Shown: positions 1 through 13,258, numbered from the stretch's first letter. The stretch is 64,000 nucleotides of DNA from Eledone cirrhosa (GCA_964016885.1 OZ024746.1:68634001-68698000), one strand, 5' to 3'. Notes: a model not told the origin generated them from the sequence alone. Program-made: numbers and translations.

Positions 1-23
1 ACCATGTCTCACTCGTATAGGAC

Positions 24-24
<1 letters not shown>

Positions 25-93
<69 letters not shown>
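25..93. repeat. (TG)n(TA)n microsatellite
   Basis: Direct reading. Confidence 0.95.
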
Positions 94-94
<1 letters not shown>

Positions 95-96
<2 letters not shown>

Positions 97-438
97 CACA
101 TGGCTTAGTGGTTAGAGCACATTGGCCTTGCAATCGAAAGGTTGTGAGTTCAATTCTCAGGCCGGGTGATGTGTTGTTTCCTTGAGCAAGACACTTTATT
201 TCACATTGCTCCAGTTTACTCAGCTGTAGAAATGAGATGATAGGGACTGGGTTCCCTATCATTCCACTGCAAAGTGGTCGTGGAGGTGCCACGGCAAAAA
301 AGCACCCAGCCCTCACTGTAAATGAGGTTGGTGTTAGGAAGGGCATCCAGCTGTAGAAATCAAGCCAGAATCAGTTCCCGTCCCACCCTTGCAAGCAGGG
401 AAAACGGGACGTAAAATGATGATGATGATGATGATGAT
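95..438 (+). mobile_element. tRNA-derived SINE (family B) with RTE-type 3' end
   Basis: Box A-like TGGCTTAGTGG and box B-like GAGTTCAATTC. Core CCTTGAGCAAGACACTTTATTTCAC resembles the Meta-SINE domain. The 3' part GGTTGGTGTTAGGAAGGGCATCCAGCTGTAGAAA is shared with RTE 3' UTRs in this window. (TGA)n tail. Near-identical inverted copy at 53395-53742. Confidence 0.9.
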
Positions 439-581
439 AAAGGCATTGAGGAAGTAGGGGAAAATCAATAATGAAACCAAAGTTAAAACTGAATCAACTG
501 ATTAAGTATTTCCTAAAGTATGGTTCTTGAAGTATTACATCAGAAGTCTTGTAGACATTTTATTATGACTATCAATGAAAG

Positions 582-962
582 AGGTGTATTGGCATTATCA
601 GTAGAGCGCTGGACAAAATACTTTGCAGCATATAGTTATGTCCCTTTATATTCTGAGTTCAAATCCTGCTGAGGTTAACTTTGCCTTTCCTCCTTACGGG
701 GGTGATAAAATAAAGTACCAGTAACACAATGGAGTCAGTTTCACTGATTTTCTCCTTCCCTTTAAATTGCTGGCCTTGTGCCAAAAGTAGAAACAAAATG
801 CTTTGCGGTATTTATTTATGACTTTCTTCATTCTGAGCCCAACTTTGCCTTTCACCCTTCCGAGGTTGATAAAATAAAGTATCAGTCAAGTACTAGGACA
901 ATTTAATTGACTTTCCTCCTCCCTTCAAATTGCTGGCCTTGTGCTAAAATTAGAAACAATTA
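582..962 (+). mobile_element. Two head-to-tail copies of tRNA-derived SINE family A (Deu/Nin-like core)
   Basis: TTCTGAGTTCAAATCC box B, core TTTGCCTTTC..CCTT.CG.GG..GATAAAATAAAGTA, 3' end GCTGGCCTTGTGC..AAA.TAGAAACAA, each present twice. Confidence 0.85.
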
Positions 963-2194
963 TGACTATTAATGGAGTAACCCTAACTCTGTATAGTCAC
1001 TCAGTCTAAGAGAAATTTAGCAGCCAAATCTTTTTCAGACTTCACTAAGCTGTTCTAATCCTGGATAATTTCTTTATAAATATATCTGCTCAATCAGAGC
1101 TCATCTGGGGTTTTCACAACAACAAAGAACTCAATAACAATTAGCTGGACAAATACCTTGCAGTATTTAATTACATCCCTTTCAAATTCTGAGTTCAAAT
1201 TCTACCAATGGTGATTTTACATTTTATTTTGCAAGGATTGATTGATTAAATTGATTTCAGTCTTCGTTCCAAATATGTGGCATTGTGCCAGATTTAGAAG
1301 CCATTATTATTGAGAAGAAAAGAAAAAAATATGTTAATCAGAAGATAATTTAGAAAGTTATTCGAAATCAATTTACTGGCTTTATTCTTTGCAGAAGGAA
1401 ATATATATATGCATGCATTGCAATTTCTGTGCATACTAAACATGATCACACACATACACGTGTGTGTGTGTGTATGTATATGTGTATATTTATGTCATTG
1501 TGTGCGCGCATGTGTATGTGTGTGCACGTGTGTGTGTGTGTGTTTATATGCCATTGTGTGTAAAATGTTATATGTGAAGAATTACCTCGAATAAAATGTG
1601 CTATTTTATATTCCAAAATAGTTTTGTATGGACATTTCCAAGTTGGTTACCGTTTTTTTTTTACTTCATCTTTCCCAAAGTCTAACATGTTAAAAATGTC
1701 TATTTTCTTTCAACCTCAAGGAAGATGAATCAGAAAAGAAAATAAGCCAATGAAAACATTATTTTAATCATCTTACTTAATTTAAATGAATTTTCTATCC
1801 TGTTGTATACATTTCAGAATTTCAATTAATATTAGAATCTAATAATCTGTTGGCTTTTTTTTTCTGATAAAAATCAAAATACTTATAAATAATAGCCATG
1901 ATATGATACTAAGAGACCAATAAGCCATCAACTTTAAAGTAATTAGGTTGTAAAAGCTATAACAGCATCATAAAAGCATATTATATATCTATTGATTTCT
2001 TACATAAGCACAACGCCACACAACTGTTTTTCAACCCTTTTCAGCTCTATCATTGAATAAATCTAAGTATGTATGCATGGTACCATAGTGACATGGTATT
2101 TCTTGAGCATTTAAAGCTTCGCAAAGTTCATCCCCTCTTCATGTCTGAACACAGCAGATTTCTCGAGAGAGAGAAAGTGAAAAAGAGATATAGA

Positions 2195-2348
2195 GGAAGA
2201 ATTGACCCCAGTACTAAACTGGTACTATTTTTATCAACCTCGAAAGGATGAAAGGCAAAATTGAACTTGGTGGGATTTGGACTCAGAATGCAGAGAGCTA
2301 GAACTAATACAATACATTCTATTTAATGCCTCAACCAATTTGCCACCT
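2195..2348 (-). mobile_element. SINE family A, degraded
   Basis: Reverse-complement core CTGGTACTATTTTTATCAACCTCGAAAGGATGAAAGGCAAA...ACTCAGAA. Confidence 0.75.
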
Positions 2349-2366
2349 ATAGCAGATTAAAGCTAA

Positions 2367-3220
2367 TAGTCAAATGGGTATACATGTAGAGTGGAGTAGC
2401 AGTGACAGATTGACATATAGTCAAATAGGTATACATATAGAGTGGAGTGGAAGTAACAGATAAACATGTAGTGAAATCAGTATACATGTGGGGTGAGGGT
2501 GACAAATACATGTAGTCAAATAGCTATACATCTGGAGTAAAATGGGAGTAACATATTGACATATAGCTAAATAGCTATACATGTGGAGTGGGTGTGACAG
2601 ATTGACATGTAATTAAATAGATATACATGTTGAGTGGAGGTAACAGATAGACATGTAGTTGAATAGCTATACAAGTGGAGTGAAATGTAGTTAAATAGGT
2701 ATACATGTGAAGTGGGAATGACAGATACATGTAGTCAATTATCTATACATGTGGAGTGGAGGTAACAGATAGACATATAGTTGAATAGCTATACAAGTGG
2801 AGTGAAATGGAAGTAACATATTGACATGTAGTTAAATAGGTATACATGTGGAGTGGGAATGACAGATACATGTAGTCAATTATCTATACATGTGGTGTGG
2901 AGGAAACACATAGACATGCACTTGAATAGCTATACAAGTGGAGTGAAATGGAAGTAACATATTGACATGTATTTAAATAGGTATACATGTGGAGTGGGAA
3001 TGACAGATACATGTAGTCAATTATCTATACATGTGGAGTGGAGGTAACAGATAGACATGTAGTTGAATAGCTATACAAGTGGAGTGAAATGGAAGTAACA
3101 TATCGACATGTAGTTAAATAGGTATACATGTGGAGTGGGAATGACAGATACATGTAGTCAATTATCTATACATGTGGAGTGGAATGGAAGTGTTATATTG
3201 ATATGTAGTTAAATAGATAT
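2367..3220. repeat. Minisatellite: ~47-bp monomers organised as a 141-bp three-monomer higher-order repeat
   Basis: ACAGATACATGTAGTCAATTATCTATACATG recurs at 2721, 2862, 3003 and 3144 (period 141). Subunits are 44, 51 and 46 bp. Confidence 0.9.
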
Positions 3221-3399
3221 GTGTGCAGTAAATTGGTAAAATGATTAGAACACGAAATACAATAGTTGTGGTGTTGGATCCCACTTGTTTATATTGATCA
3301 TAGAGATCAATATTGGATTTTCTTCTCCCAAGTTATATCTTATAACTGACTAAAACCATGGGTTTAATTGATTGGTTGAAACCAGTGAAATATTAGAAT

Positions 3400-3730
3400 A
3401 ACTTTATTTTATCGACCCCATAAGGATGAAAGGCAAAGTTAACCTCGGCGGGATTTGAGCTCAGAATGGTATGGGCTGTAACTCTATGTGTCAAAGCATG
3501 GCATCCACAACCCTCTACTGATACTGCCAATCCAATATTAAGATAATTGTTTCTACTTTTTGGTACAAGGCCAGCAATTACTCAGTACATTACTGGTACT
3601 TTATTTTATCGATCCCGTAAGGATGAAAGGCAAAGTTAACCTCGGCTGGATTTGAACTCAGAATGGCAAGGGCCGTAACTCTATGCATCAAGGCATGGCG
3701 TCAGACCCTCTACCGATACTGCCAATCCAT
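3400..3730 (-). mobile_element. Two head-to-tail SINE family A copies
   Basis: TAAGGATGAAAGGCAAAGTTAACCTCGG...TCAGAATGG...GATACTGCCAATCCA occurs twice (about 3400-3535 and 3543-3730). Confidence 0.9.
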
Positions 3731-3745
3731 GATGATAGGCACACA

Positions 3746-6700
3746 AACACATAGACAGACTGATGGATAAATACACAGCCACATAGACACATAGACAGAT
3801 AGACACACACAGAGACAAACAGATAGACACACACACACAGGTAGACAGACACAGACAGGTAGACACACAGATTGACAGAGAGACAGACAGTTAGAGACAC
3901 AGACAGATAGACACTCAGGCAGGTAGACAGACAGATTGACAGAGAGACAGACAGTTAGAGACACAGACAGATAGACACTCAGGCAGGTAGACACACAGAT
4001 TGACAGAGAGACAGACAGTTAGAGACACAGACAGATAGACACTCAGGCAGGTAGACAGACAGATTGACAGAGAGACAGACAGTTAGAGACACAGACAGAT
4101 AGACACTCAGGCAGGTAGACACACAGATTGACAGAGAGACAGACAGTTAGAGATACAGACAGATAGACACTCAGGCAGGTAGACAGACAGATTGACAGAG
4201 AGACGGACAGTTAGAGACACAGACAGATAGACACTCAGGCAGGTAGACAGACAAAGAGACAGATAGACAGACAGTTAGAGACACAGACAGATAGACACTC
4301 GGGTAGGTAGACAGACAGATTGACAGAGAGACAGACAGTTAGAGACACAGACAGATAGACACTCAGGCAGGCAGGTAGACAGACAGATTGACAGAGAGAC
4401 AGACAGTTAGAGACACAGACAGATAGACACTCAGGCAGGTAGACAGACAGATTGAAAGAGAGACAGACAGTTAGAGACACAGACAGATAGACACTCAGGC
4501 AGGTAGACAGACAGATTGACAGAGATACAGACAGTTAGAGACACAGACAGATAGACACTCAGGCAGGTAGACAGACAGATTGACAGAGAGACAGACAGTT
4601 AGAGACACAGACAGATAGACACTCAGGCAGGTAGACAGACAGATTGACAGAGAGACAGACAGTTAGAGACACAGACAGATAGACACTCAGGCAGGTAGAC
4701 AGACAGATTGACAGAGAGACAGACAGTTAGAGACACAGACAGATAGACACTCAGGCAGGTAGACAGACAGATTGACAGAGAGACAGACAGTTAGAGACAC
4801 AGACAGATAGACACTCAGGCAGGTAGACAGACAGATTGACAGAGAGACAGACAGTTAGAGACACAGACAGATAGACACTCAGGCAGGTAGACAGACAGAT
4901 TGACAGAGAGACGGACAGTTAGAGACACAGACAGATAGACACTCAGGCAGGTAGACAGACAAAGAGACAGATAGACAGACAGTTAGAGACACAGACAGAT
5001 AGACACTCGGGTAGGTAGACAGACAGATTGACAGAGAGACAGACAGTTAGAGACACAGACAGATAGACACTCAGGCAGGCAGGTAGACAGACAGATTGAC
5101 AGAGAGACAGACAGTTAGAGACACAGACAGATAGACACTCAGGCAGGTAGACAGACAGATTGAAAGAGAGACAGACAGTTAGAGACACAGACAGATAGAC
5201 ACTCAGGCAGGTAAACACACAGATTGACAGAGAGACAGACAGTTAGAGATACAGACAGATAGACACTCAGACAGGTAGACACACAGATTGACAGAGAGAG
5301 CGACAGTTAGAGACACAGACAGATAGACACTCAGGCAAGTAGACAGACAGATTGACAGAGAGACAGACAGTTAGAGACACAGACAGATAGACACACAGGC
5401 AGGTAGACAGACAGTTAGAGACACAGACAGATAGACACACAGGCAGGTAGACAGACAGTTAGAGACACAGACAGATAGACACTCAGGCAGGTAGACAGAC
5501 AGATTGACAGAGACACAGATAGTTGGAGACACAGACAGATAGACACTCAGGCAGGTAGACACACAGATTGACAGAGAGACAGACAGTTAGAGACACAGAC
5601 AGATAGACACTCAGACAGGTAGACAGACAGATTGACAGAGAGACAGACAGTTAGAGACACAGACAGATAGACACTCAGGCAGGTAGACACACAGATTGAC
5701 AGAGAGACAGACAGTTAGAGACACAGACAGATAGACACTCAGGCAGGTAGACAGACAGATTGACAGAGAGACAGATAGTTAGAGACACAGACAGATAGAC
5801 ACTCAGGCAGGTAGACAGACAGATTGACAGAGAGACAGACAGTTAGAGACACAGTCAGATAAACACTCAGGCAGGTAGACACACAGATTGACAGAGAGAC
5901 AGACAGTTAGAGACACAGACAGATAGACACTCAGACAGGTAGACAGACAGATTGACAGAGAGACAGACAGTTAGAGACACAGACAGATAGACACTCAGGC
6001 AGGTAGACAGATAGATTGACAGAGAGACAGACAGTTAGAGACACAGACAGATAGACACTCAGACAGGTAGACACACAGATTGACAGAGAGACAGACAGTT
6101 AGAGACACAGACAGATAGACACTCAGACAGGTAGACACACAGATTGACAGAGAGACAGACAGTTAGTGACACAGACAGATATACACTCAGACAGGTAGAC
6201 ACACAGATTGACAGAGAGACAGACAGTTAGAGACACAGACAGATAGACACTCAGGCAGGTAGACAGACAGATTGACAGAGAGACAGACAGTTAGAGACAC
6301 AGACAGATAGACACTCAGACAGGTAGACAGACAGATTGACAGAGAGACAGACAGTTAGAGACACAGACAGATAGACACTCAGACAGGTAGACAGACAGAT
6401 TGACAGAGAGACAGACAGTTAGAGACACAGACAGATAGACACTCAGGCAGGTAGACAGACAGATTGACAGAGAGACAGACAGTTAGAGACACAGACAGAT
6501 AGACACTCAGACAGGTAGACAGACAGATTGACAGAGAGACAGACAGTTAGAGACACAGACAGATAGACACTCAGGCAGGTAGACAGACAGATTGACAGAG
6601 AGACAGACAGTTAGAGACACAGACAGATAGACACTCAGGCAGGTAGACAGACAGATTGACAGAGAGACAGACAGTTAGAGACACAGACAGATACACACTC

Positions 6701-8700
6701 AGACAGGTAGACACACAGATTGACAAAGAGACAGACAGTTAGTGACACAGACAGATAGACACTCAGGCAGGTAGACACACAGATTGACAGAGAGACAGAC
6801 AGTTAGAGACACAGACAGATAGACACTCAGACAGGTAGACACACAGATTGACAGAGAGACAGAGAGTTAGACACACACAGACAGATAGACACTCAGCAAG
6901 GTAGACAGACAGATTGACAGAGAGACAGACAGTTAGAGACACAGACAGATAGACACTCAGGTAGGCAGGCAGGTAGACAGACAGATTGACAGAGAGACAG
7001 ACAGTTAGAGACACAGACAGATAGACACTCAGGCAGGCAGGTAGACAGACAGATTGACAGAGAGACAGACAGTTAGAGACACAGACAGATAGACACTCAG
7101 GCAGGTAGACAGACAGATTGAAAGAGAGTCAGACAGTTAGAGACACAGACAGATAGACACTCAGGCAGGTAGACACACAAATTGACAGAGAGACAGACAG
7201 TTAGAGACACAGACAGGTAGACACACAGATTGACAGAGAGAGAGACAGTTAGAGACACAGACAGGTAGACAGACAGTTAGAGACACAGACAGATAGACAC
7301 ACAGGCAGGTAGACAGACAGTTAGAGACACAGACAGATAGACACTCAAGCAGGTAGACAGACAGATTGACAGAGACACAGATAGTTGGAGACACAGACAG
7401 ATAGACACTCAGGAAGGTAGACACACAGATTGACAGAGAGACAGACAGTTAGAGACACAGACAGATAGACACTCAGACAGGTAGACACACAGATTGAAAG
7501 AGAGACAGACAGTTAGAGACACAGACAGATAGACACTCAGGCAGGTAGACAGACAGATTGACAGAGAGACAGACAGTTAGAGACACAGACAGATAGACAC
7601 TCAGACAGGTAGACACACAGATTGACAGAGAGACAGACAGTTAGAGACACAGACAGATAGACACTCAGACAGGTAGACACACAGATTGACAGAGAGACAG
7701 ACAGTTAGTGACACAGACAGATAGACACTCAGGCAGGTAGACACACAGATTGACAGAGAGACAGACAGTTAGAGACACAGACAGATAGACACTCAGACAG
7801 GTAGACACACAGATTGACAGAGAGACAGACAGTTAGAGACACAGACAGATAGACACTCAGACAGGTAGACACACAGATTGACAGAGAGACAGACAGTTAG
7901 AGACACAGACAGATAGACACTCAGACAGGTAGACACACAGATTGACAGAGAGACAGACAGTTAGAGACACAGACAGATAGACACTCAGACAGGTAGACAC
8001 ACAGATTGACAGAGAGACAGACAGTTAGAGACACAGACAGATAGACACTCAGACAGGTAGACACACAGATTGACAGAGAGACAGACAGTTAGAGACACAG
8101 ACAGATAGACACTCAGGCAGGTAGACACACAGATTGACAGAGAGACAGACAGTTAGAGACACAGACAGATAGACACTCAGGCAGGTAGACACACAGATTG
8201 ACAGAGAGACAGACAGTTAGAGACACAGACAGATAGACACTCAGGCAGGTAGACACACAGATTGACAGAGAGACAGACAGTTAGAGACACAGACAGATAG
8301 ACACTCAGACAGGTAGACACACAGATTGACAGAGAGACAGACAGTTAGAGACACAGACAGATAGACACTCAGACAGGTAGACACACAGATTGACAGAGAG
8401 ACAGACAGTTAGAGACACAGTCAGATAGACACTCAGGCAGGTAGACAGACAGATTGACAGAGAGACAGACAGTTGGAGACACAGACAGATAGACACTCAG
8501 GCAGGTAGAGAGATAGATTGACAGAGAGACAGACAGTTAGAGACACAGACAGATAGACACTCAGGCAGGTAGACAGGCAGATTGACAGAGAGACAGACAG
8601 TTAGAGACACAGACAGATAGACACTCAGGCAGGTAGACAGACAGACATACTGACAGACATCAACAAACAGATACATGGATAGACAAGCAGATACGCACAC
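3746..8700. repeat. 64-bp purine-rich minisatellite array (about 75 units)
   Basis: Unit AGACAGACAGTTAGAGACACAGACAGATAGACACTCAGGCAGGTAGACAGACAGATTGACAGAG. TTAGAG at 3891 and 3955 gives period 64. Built on (GACA)n. Confidence 0.97.
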
Positions 8701-8855
8701 ATAAATATACAGACAGATAGACTGTCATGTATGTTGAGAGGTAGCTTGTTAGACAGACAAATAAATGTCCTAACAGACAGAAGAACATGTAAGTTGACAG
8801 CTAGACACATGGCTGGATAGTCAGACAAACAGTTAAGCTGATAAATATAATTAAT

Positions 8856-9036
8856 TGTTTCTACTTTAGGTACAAGGCCAGCAATTACTCAGTGCATTAC
8901 TGGTACTTTATCGACCCCGTAAGGATGAAAGTCAACCGCGGCGGGATTTGAACTCAGATCGTAAAGGGACGTAACTATGCTGGAAAGCTTGGCGTCCGAC
9001 CCTCTACCGATACTGCCAATCCACCGCCATTTGACA
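8856..9036 (-). mobile_element. SINE family A (short variant) with 16-bp TSD
   Basis: Full head to tail. GATAAATATAATTAAT flanks it at 8840-8855 and 9037-9052. Confidence 0.9.
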
Positions 9037-10454
9037 GATAAATATAATTAATGTACAACAATTAAAATTTTTGTTTCTACAATTGTTTTCGACAAGGCCC
9101 CATTTGTTTGAAGGAGAGTAATTAAGTGAATCAATTTAAGTATATAACTGGTTCTTACTTTATACAAAACAGAAAGATGAAAGTTAAATGTTAAAATTTC
9201 AACTAAAATACATACAGGAACAAAACTAAATACTTTAAAATTATTGATATATGCATGTAATTAGTTAATTAGTTAATTATGAACTGAGAAAAAGAGGGAA
9301 AATTAGCAAATGTATAATTATTACTGTCAGCAGAAATTGGTACTTTCTTTTTCCATATGTTTGACTAAATATTAAATTCTTTATTATTTTTATGTAATTT
9401 TATCCTAGAAACATATTTGAGTATTTTGAAATCAAATCGTTTAAATATTAAATTAAAAAAACAAAGATTCTTATAATTGATCAACTTTTAGAACATTAAA
9501 TTTGATAATATGTTAAATGTACAAATAGTGCTAAATGCCAGCACAAGCGGTTATTTAATCATTTAATCCACTATATCAATGTTCTAAAATAATAGTGTTG
9601 ACTTGTTCACTGCTTTTATATTAAAAATAAAGTGATTTGCTTCAGAGTAATACATTAAAGTAAAACTAAAGAAGACATGGTGAAGTTAACGACTGCTGCA
9701 ATCAGTCAATAAGGTTAACTTATATCTGTTCTCAACAAGTATTATTGATATTGTTTATAACAAAAGCTGAGAAAGTTAAAATGACTTCATATTCTTCCAA
9801 ATTAGTTTCTATTGAGATGCCAGAATTACTAAAAGCACACATAAAGCTAGTTTGGACGGACTTCCTTTCAATAAAGGCTATTATATATTCTTTAATATTT
9901 GACACTATAACCTAAACTTTGTCACAACTAGAGCTGTTACATGGAGGACATTGATTTTTAGAGCGTCTTCTGGTTTTTAGCAGCAGGAATTCAGATTAAC
10001 ATTGAATTTGAATCTCAATAATTTTAACCTTACTTTAATCTTTGAACTTAAGATTTCATTTCATTATTATAACTCATCTGAAGTTAGCAAATCAATAAAG
10101 CTGAATACTGTAGTGAATAACGTAATTGGATTATGGCAAAGTGTTTCTAAGAAACTGTACTTTTCTAGATTTATTGCCATACCATAAGATGTTTATTTTA
10201 CCATTCTATACATATACGGCTTCATTTCTCTGAAATTAAACTTCGCAAAATTTGACCAGAAACATGTTCCGTTCATTGGTTTGGAAAATAGAAATCTTTT
10301 GGTTTCTTAATAAAGCACTGGATTTTAAGGCAAGAATAGATTGACTCAATATTAAATAATAATTAGGATTTAATTTTGATCTCTGTTTCAGCTTTTTATT
10401 GATAAAGTGGAATAGAGATGATAAAAATCTTCAATAAACATTTGTCATTCAGCT

Positions 10455-10675
10455 GTGATTGATCAAATCGATCGACAAGATCCCAGACCTGATTCACTTA
10501 CCGACTGGGGTGGAACTTGTCAAATCAGACCAAGGAAACAAGTCTTTCCAATGCTGATACTATTGACTGGTCGCAATTCCTGGCAGAAAGAGCCAGTAAA
10601 GTGTAAAATAAAGTGTCTTGCTCAAGGACTTACAGCATCACCCTGTTTGGGAATCAAACTCGCAACCACATGATT
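10455..10675 (-). mobile_element. Degraded family B-related SINE
   Basis: AAAATAAAGTGTCTTGCTCAAGGA core on the minus strand. Its 3' part resembles 15230-15320 and 43070-43140. Confidence 0.65.
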
Positions 10676-10900
10676 ACCCAAATAACTTCATTTGATTAAA
10701 CTTTACTCACTAAACTTGTGTCTTTCCAAAACAGTACTTTATATATTATATTGAAAGTGCAAGTGATATAAAATTTTACTTCTTGTTTTTCTTTTTTCTT
10801 TCATATATCATTAAGTTCCCAACCTTTGACATTAGTATTATGGTTTTGTTTACCATCAAAACCTTCTCGTAAATTATTTAGTATTATTATTTAGTCAGAG

Positions 10901-11077
10901 GGTGGTGAATTGGCAGTATTGGTAGAGGGTCGGATGCCATGCTTTGACGCATAGAGTTACGGCCCTTTCCATTCTGAGTTCAAATCCCGCCGAGGTCAAC
11001 TTTGCCTTTCATCCTTACGGGGTCGATAAAATAAAGTACCAGTAATGTACTGGGTAATTGTGCCAAAAGTAGAAACA
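10901..11077 (+). mobile_element. SINE family A (short variant) with 15-bp TSD
   Basis: Complete SINE. ATTATTTAGTCAGAG at 10886-10900 and 11078-11092. Confidence 0.92.
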
Positions 11078-11686
11078 ATTATTTAGTCAGAGAGGGGAGA
11101 GCAATGCTCATGATATTTTTCAAGGCTTCTGAGACTGATTTGGAAGGAGAGAGGAAAGCATCCTCAAATCAGCTTAGCCTGAATACTTATAACAGAGGAG
11201 ACTCCACTAAAAGCTCCCAATGGCCAGGTGTGACAGTGTTGAACTGGGCAATAGACTATAGCTACCCTTTTCCATCTAGTAGTCCATAACAGAATTTGAA
11301 CTTTGAATGCAGGGAATCAGAACAAAATGGCACTCAAACAATTCCACCAAGCCAGTTCCCAGGATTAATATCTTATTGACCTTGAAATTATGAAAGGGAA
11401 AATTAATCTTGGCCAGATTTGAACTCAGAATAAATAGAAAATATTCAGCATTTTTCAGGTGCCTAATTTATGGGTGGTGGAGTTAATCAGTCACCTAATT
11501 TAACACCATCCTCTGGCCTTTGGGTGCCTGTAGTGGTGCTCACTCTTTTATGAACATTCAAACTAAGCCAATATTTTCTTTATTCCTTTCTCCCATTAGT
11601 CTGCAAGAGACATATAAGCACTGCTCTTCTTTCTCTAACTAAACCAACATTTTTTTTTTATATAACAATCCATGGAATTGTTCATC

Positions 11687-11732
11687 CAGCTAATATATAA
11701 GACATGTTTCCACATGTCTTATATATTAGCTG
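11687..11732. repeat. Perfect 21-bp inverted repeat with 4-nt loop
   Basis: CAGCTAATATATAAGACATGT-TTCC-ACATGTCTTATATATTAGCTG. Confidence 0.95.
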
Positions 11733-11991
11733 AAGTTTTAAAGTCAGACTAAAAAATTAGCAGCTCAAAAAATTAGAAAAAGAGAAAGAACAAAGACCAT
11801 AACATTTTTTTTCTTTTGTTTGTTTTTGTGGTTTTTTAGATATAAAGAGATTATAAACTTTCTCTTTCTCATGAGATGGATAGAAATAAAAACTACTACT
11901 ACTACAACCAATATTAATAATACACACATACACACACACACATACATACAATCAAATATATATATATATATATATATATACATACATATAA

Positions 11992-12030
<39 letters not shown>

Positions 12031-12064
12031 CATATAAATACATATATATATACATATAAATACA

Positions 12065-13044
12065 TATTTATATATCTATATCCAAAATTAAGATAATCAA
12101 AATTATGGGTGTCATGCCAGAAAGACATGCGCCATATCACCCGCAAAATAAGCTCTAAGATTCTAACGAATTTATTTTATAATAACTAGAAATTGATTAA
12201 CATATAAATAAACATGAATAATCACAGGAGATAATTTTTACAAGTGTGTAAGCACACATAGCTAGGTAGGTAACTAAATAAAGTTAACCAGAACTTCAAA
12301 AATAGATACCTTATAATATGATTAATCTTCCCTGTATATATTCCATTAAAGAATTAATCGAATGGTAAACCATAGAGGCCGGTACTTGGATTTTCAACAA
12401 GGAAGAAGTCCAGCGATTTATGTTTACACTTAAAGTTCAAATCAGCGACTGGCCAGCAACACGTGCTGTATCTACTAGAAATACACACATCATACCAGCT
12501 TCATCACAGTGGCGTGAATAGGGTTATCGACAACAAGAAACAGCAGTCAAATCCTTTCAACAGAGTTAGCTCTACAATTAAAGAGCCGTATTTATATATC
12601 TATATCCAAAATTAAAATAATCAAATTTATGGGTGTCATGCCAGAAAGACATGCGCCATATCACCCGCAAAATAAGCTCTAAGATTCTGTCGATAACCCT
12701 ATTCACGCCACTGTGACGAAGCTGGTATGATGTGTGTATTTCTAGTAGATACAGCACGTGTTGCTGGCCAGTCGCTGATTTGAACTTTAAGTGTAAACAT
12801 AAATCGCTGGACTTCTTCCTTGTTGAAAATCCAAGTACCGGCCTCTATGGTTTACCATTCGATTAATTCTTTAATGGAATATATACAGGGAAGATTAATC
12901 ATATTATAAGGTATCTATTTTTGAAGTTCCGGTTAACTTTATTTAGTTACCTACCTAGCTATGTGTGCTTACACACTTGTAAAAATTATCTCCTGTGATT
13001 ATTCATGTTTATTTATATGTTAATCAATTTCTAGTTATTATAAA
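12065..13044. mobile_element. Foldback element, A-B-C-A-B(inverted), inserted in a TA/CA microsatellite
   Basis: A: 12065-12164 and 12589-12688, 100-bp direct repeat with 2 differences seen. B: 12176-12532 and 12688-13044, 357-bp inverted repeat with 2 differences seen. The structure is read directly; classing it as mobile is inference. Confidence 0.75.
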
Positions 13045-13215
13045 TACATATATATATACATATAAATACATATATATATATACACATACATACATACATA
13101 TAAATACATATATATATACACACATATACATACATATAAATACATATATATATATATATATACATACATATAAATACATATATATATATACACACACACA
13201 CATACATACATATAA

Positions 13216-13258
<43 letters not shown>

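Noticed and set aside
95-170. tRNA-like sequence (also near 17371, 53090, 53670 and 55797)
   Set aside because: These are SINE heads continuous with SINE bodies; I could not fold a convincing cloverleaf.
3681-8828. Repeated Cys/Leu/Ser/Val-rich ORFs
   Set aside because: Readings of the 64-bp minisatellite.
10202-10229. Possible 28-bp exon following the WW exon
   Set aside because: It would give KEMKPYMYRM rather than the H..T.W..P half of a WW domain, and the donor is weak.
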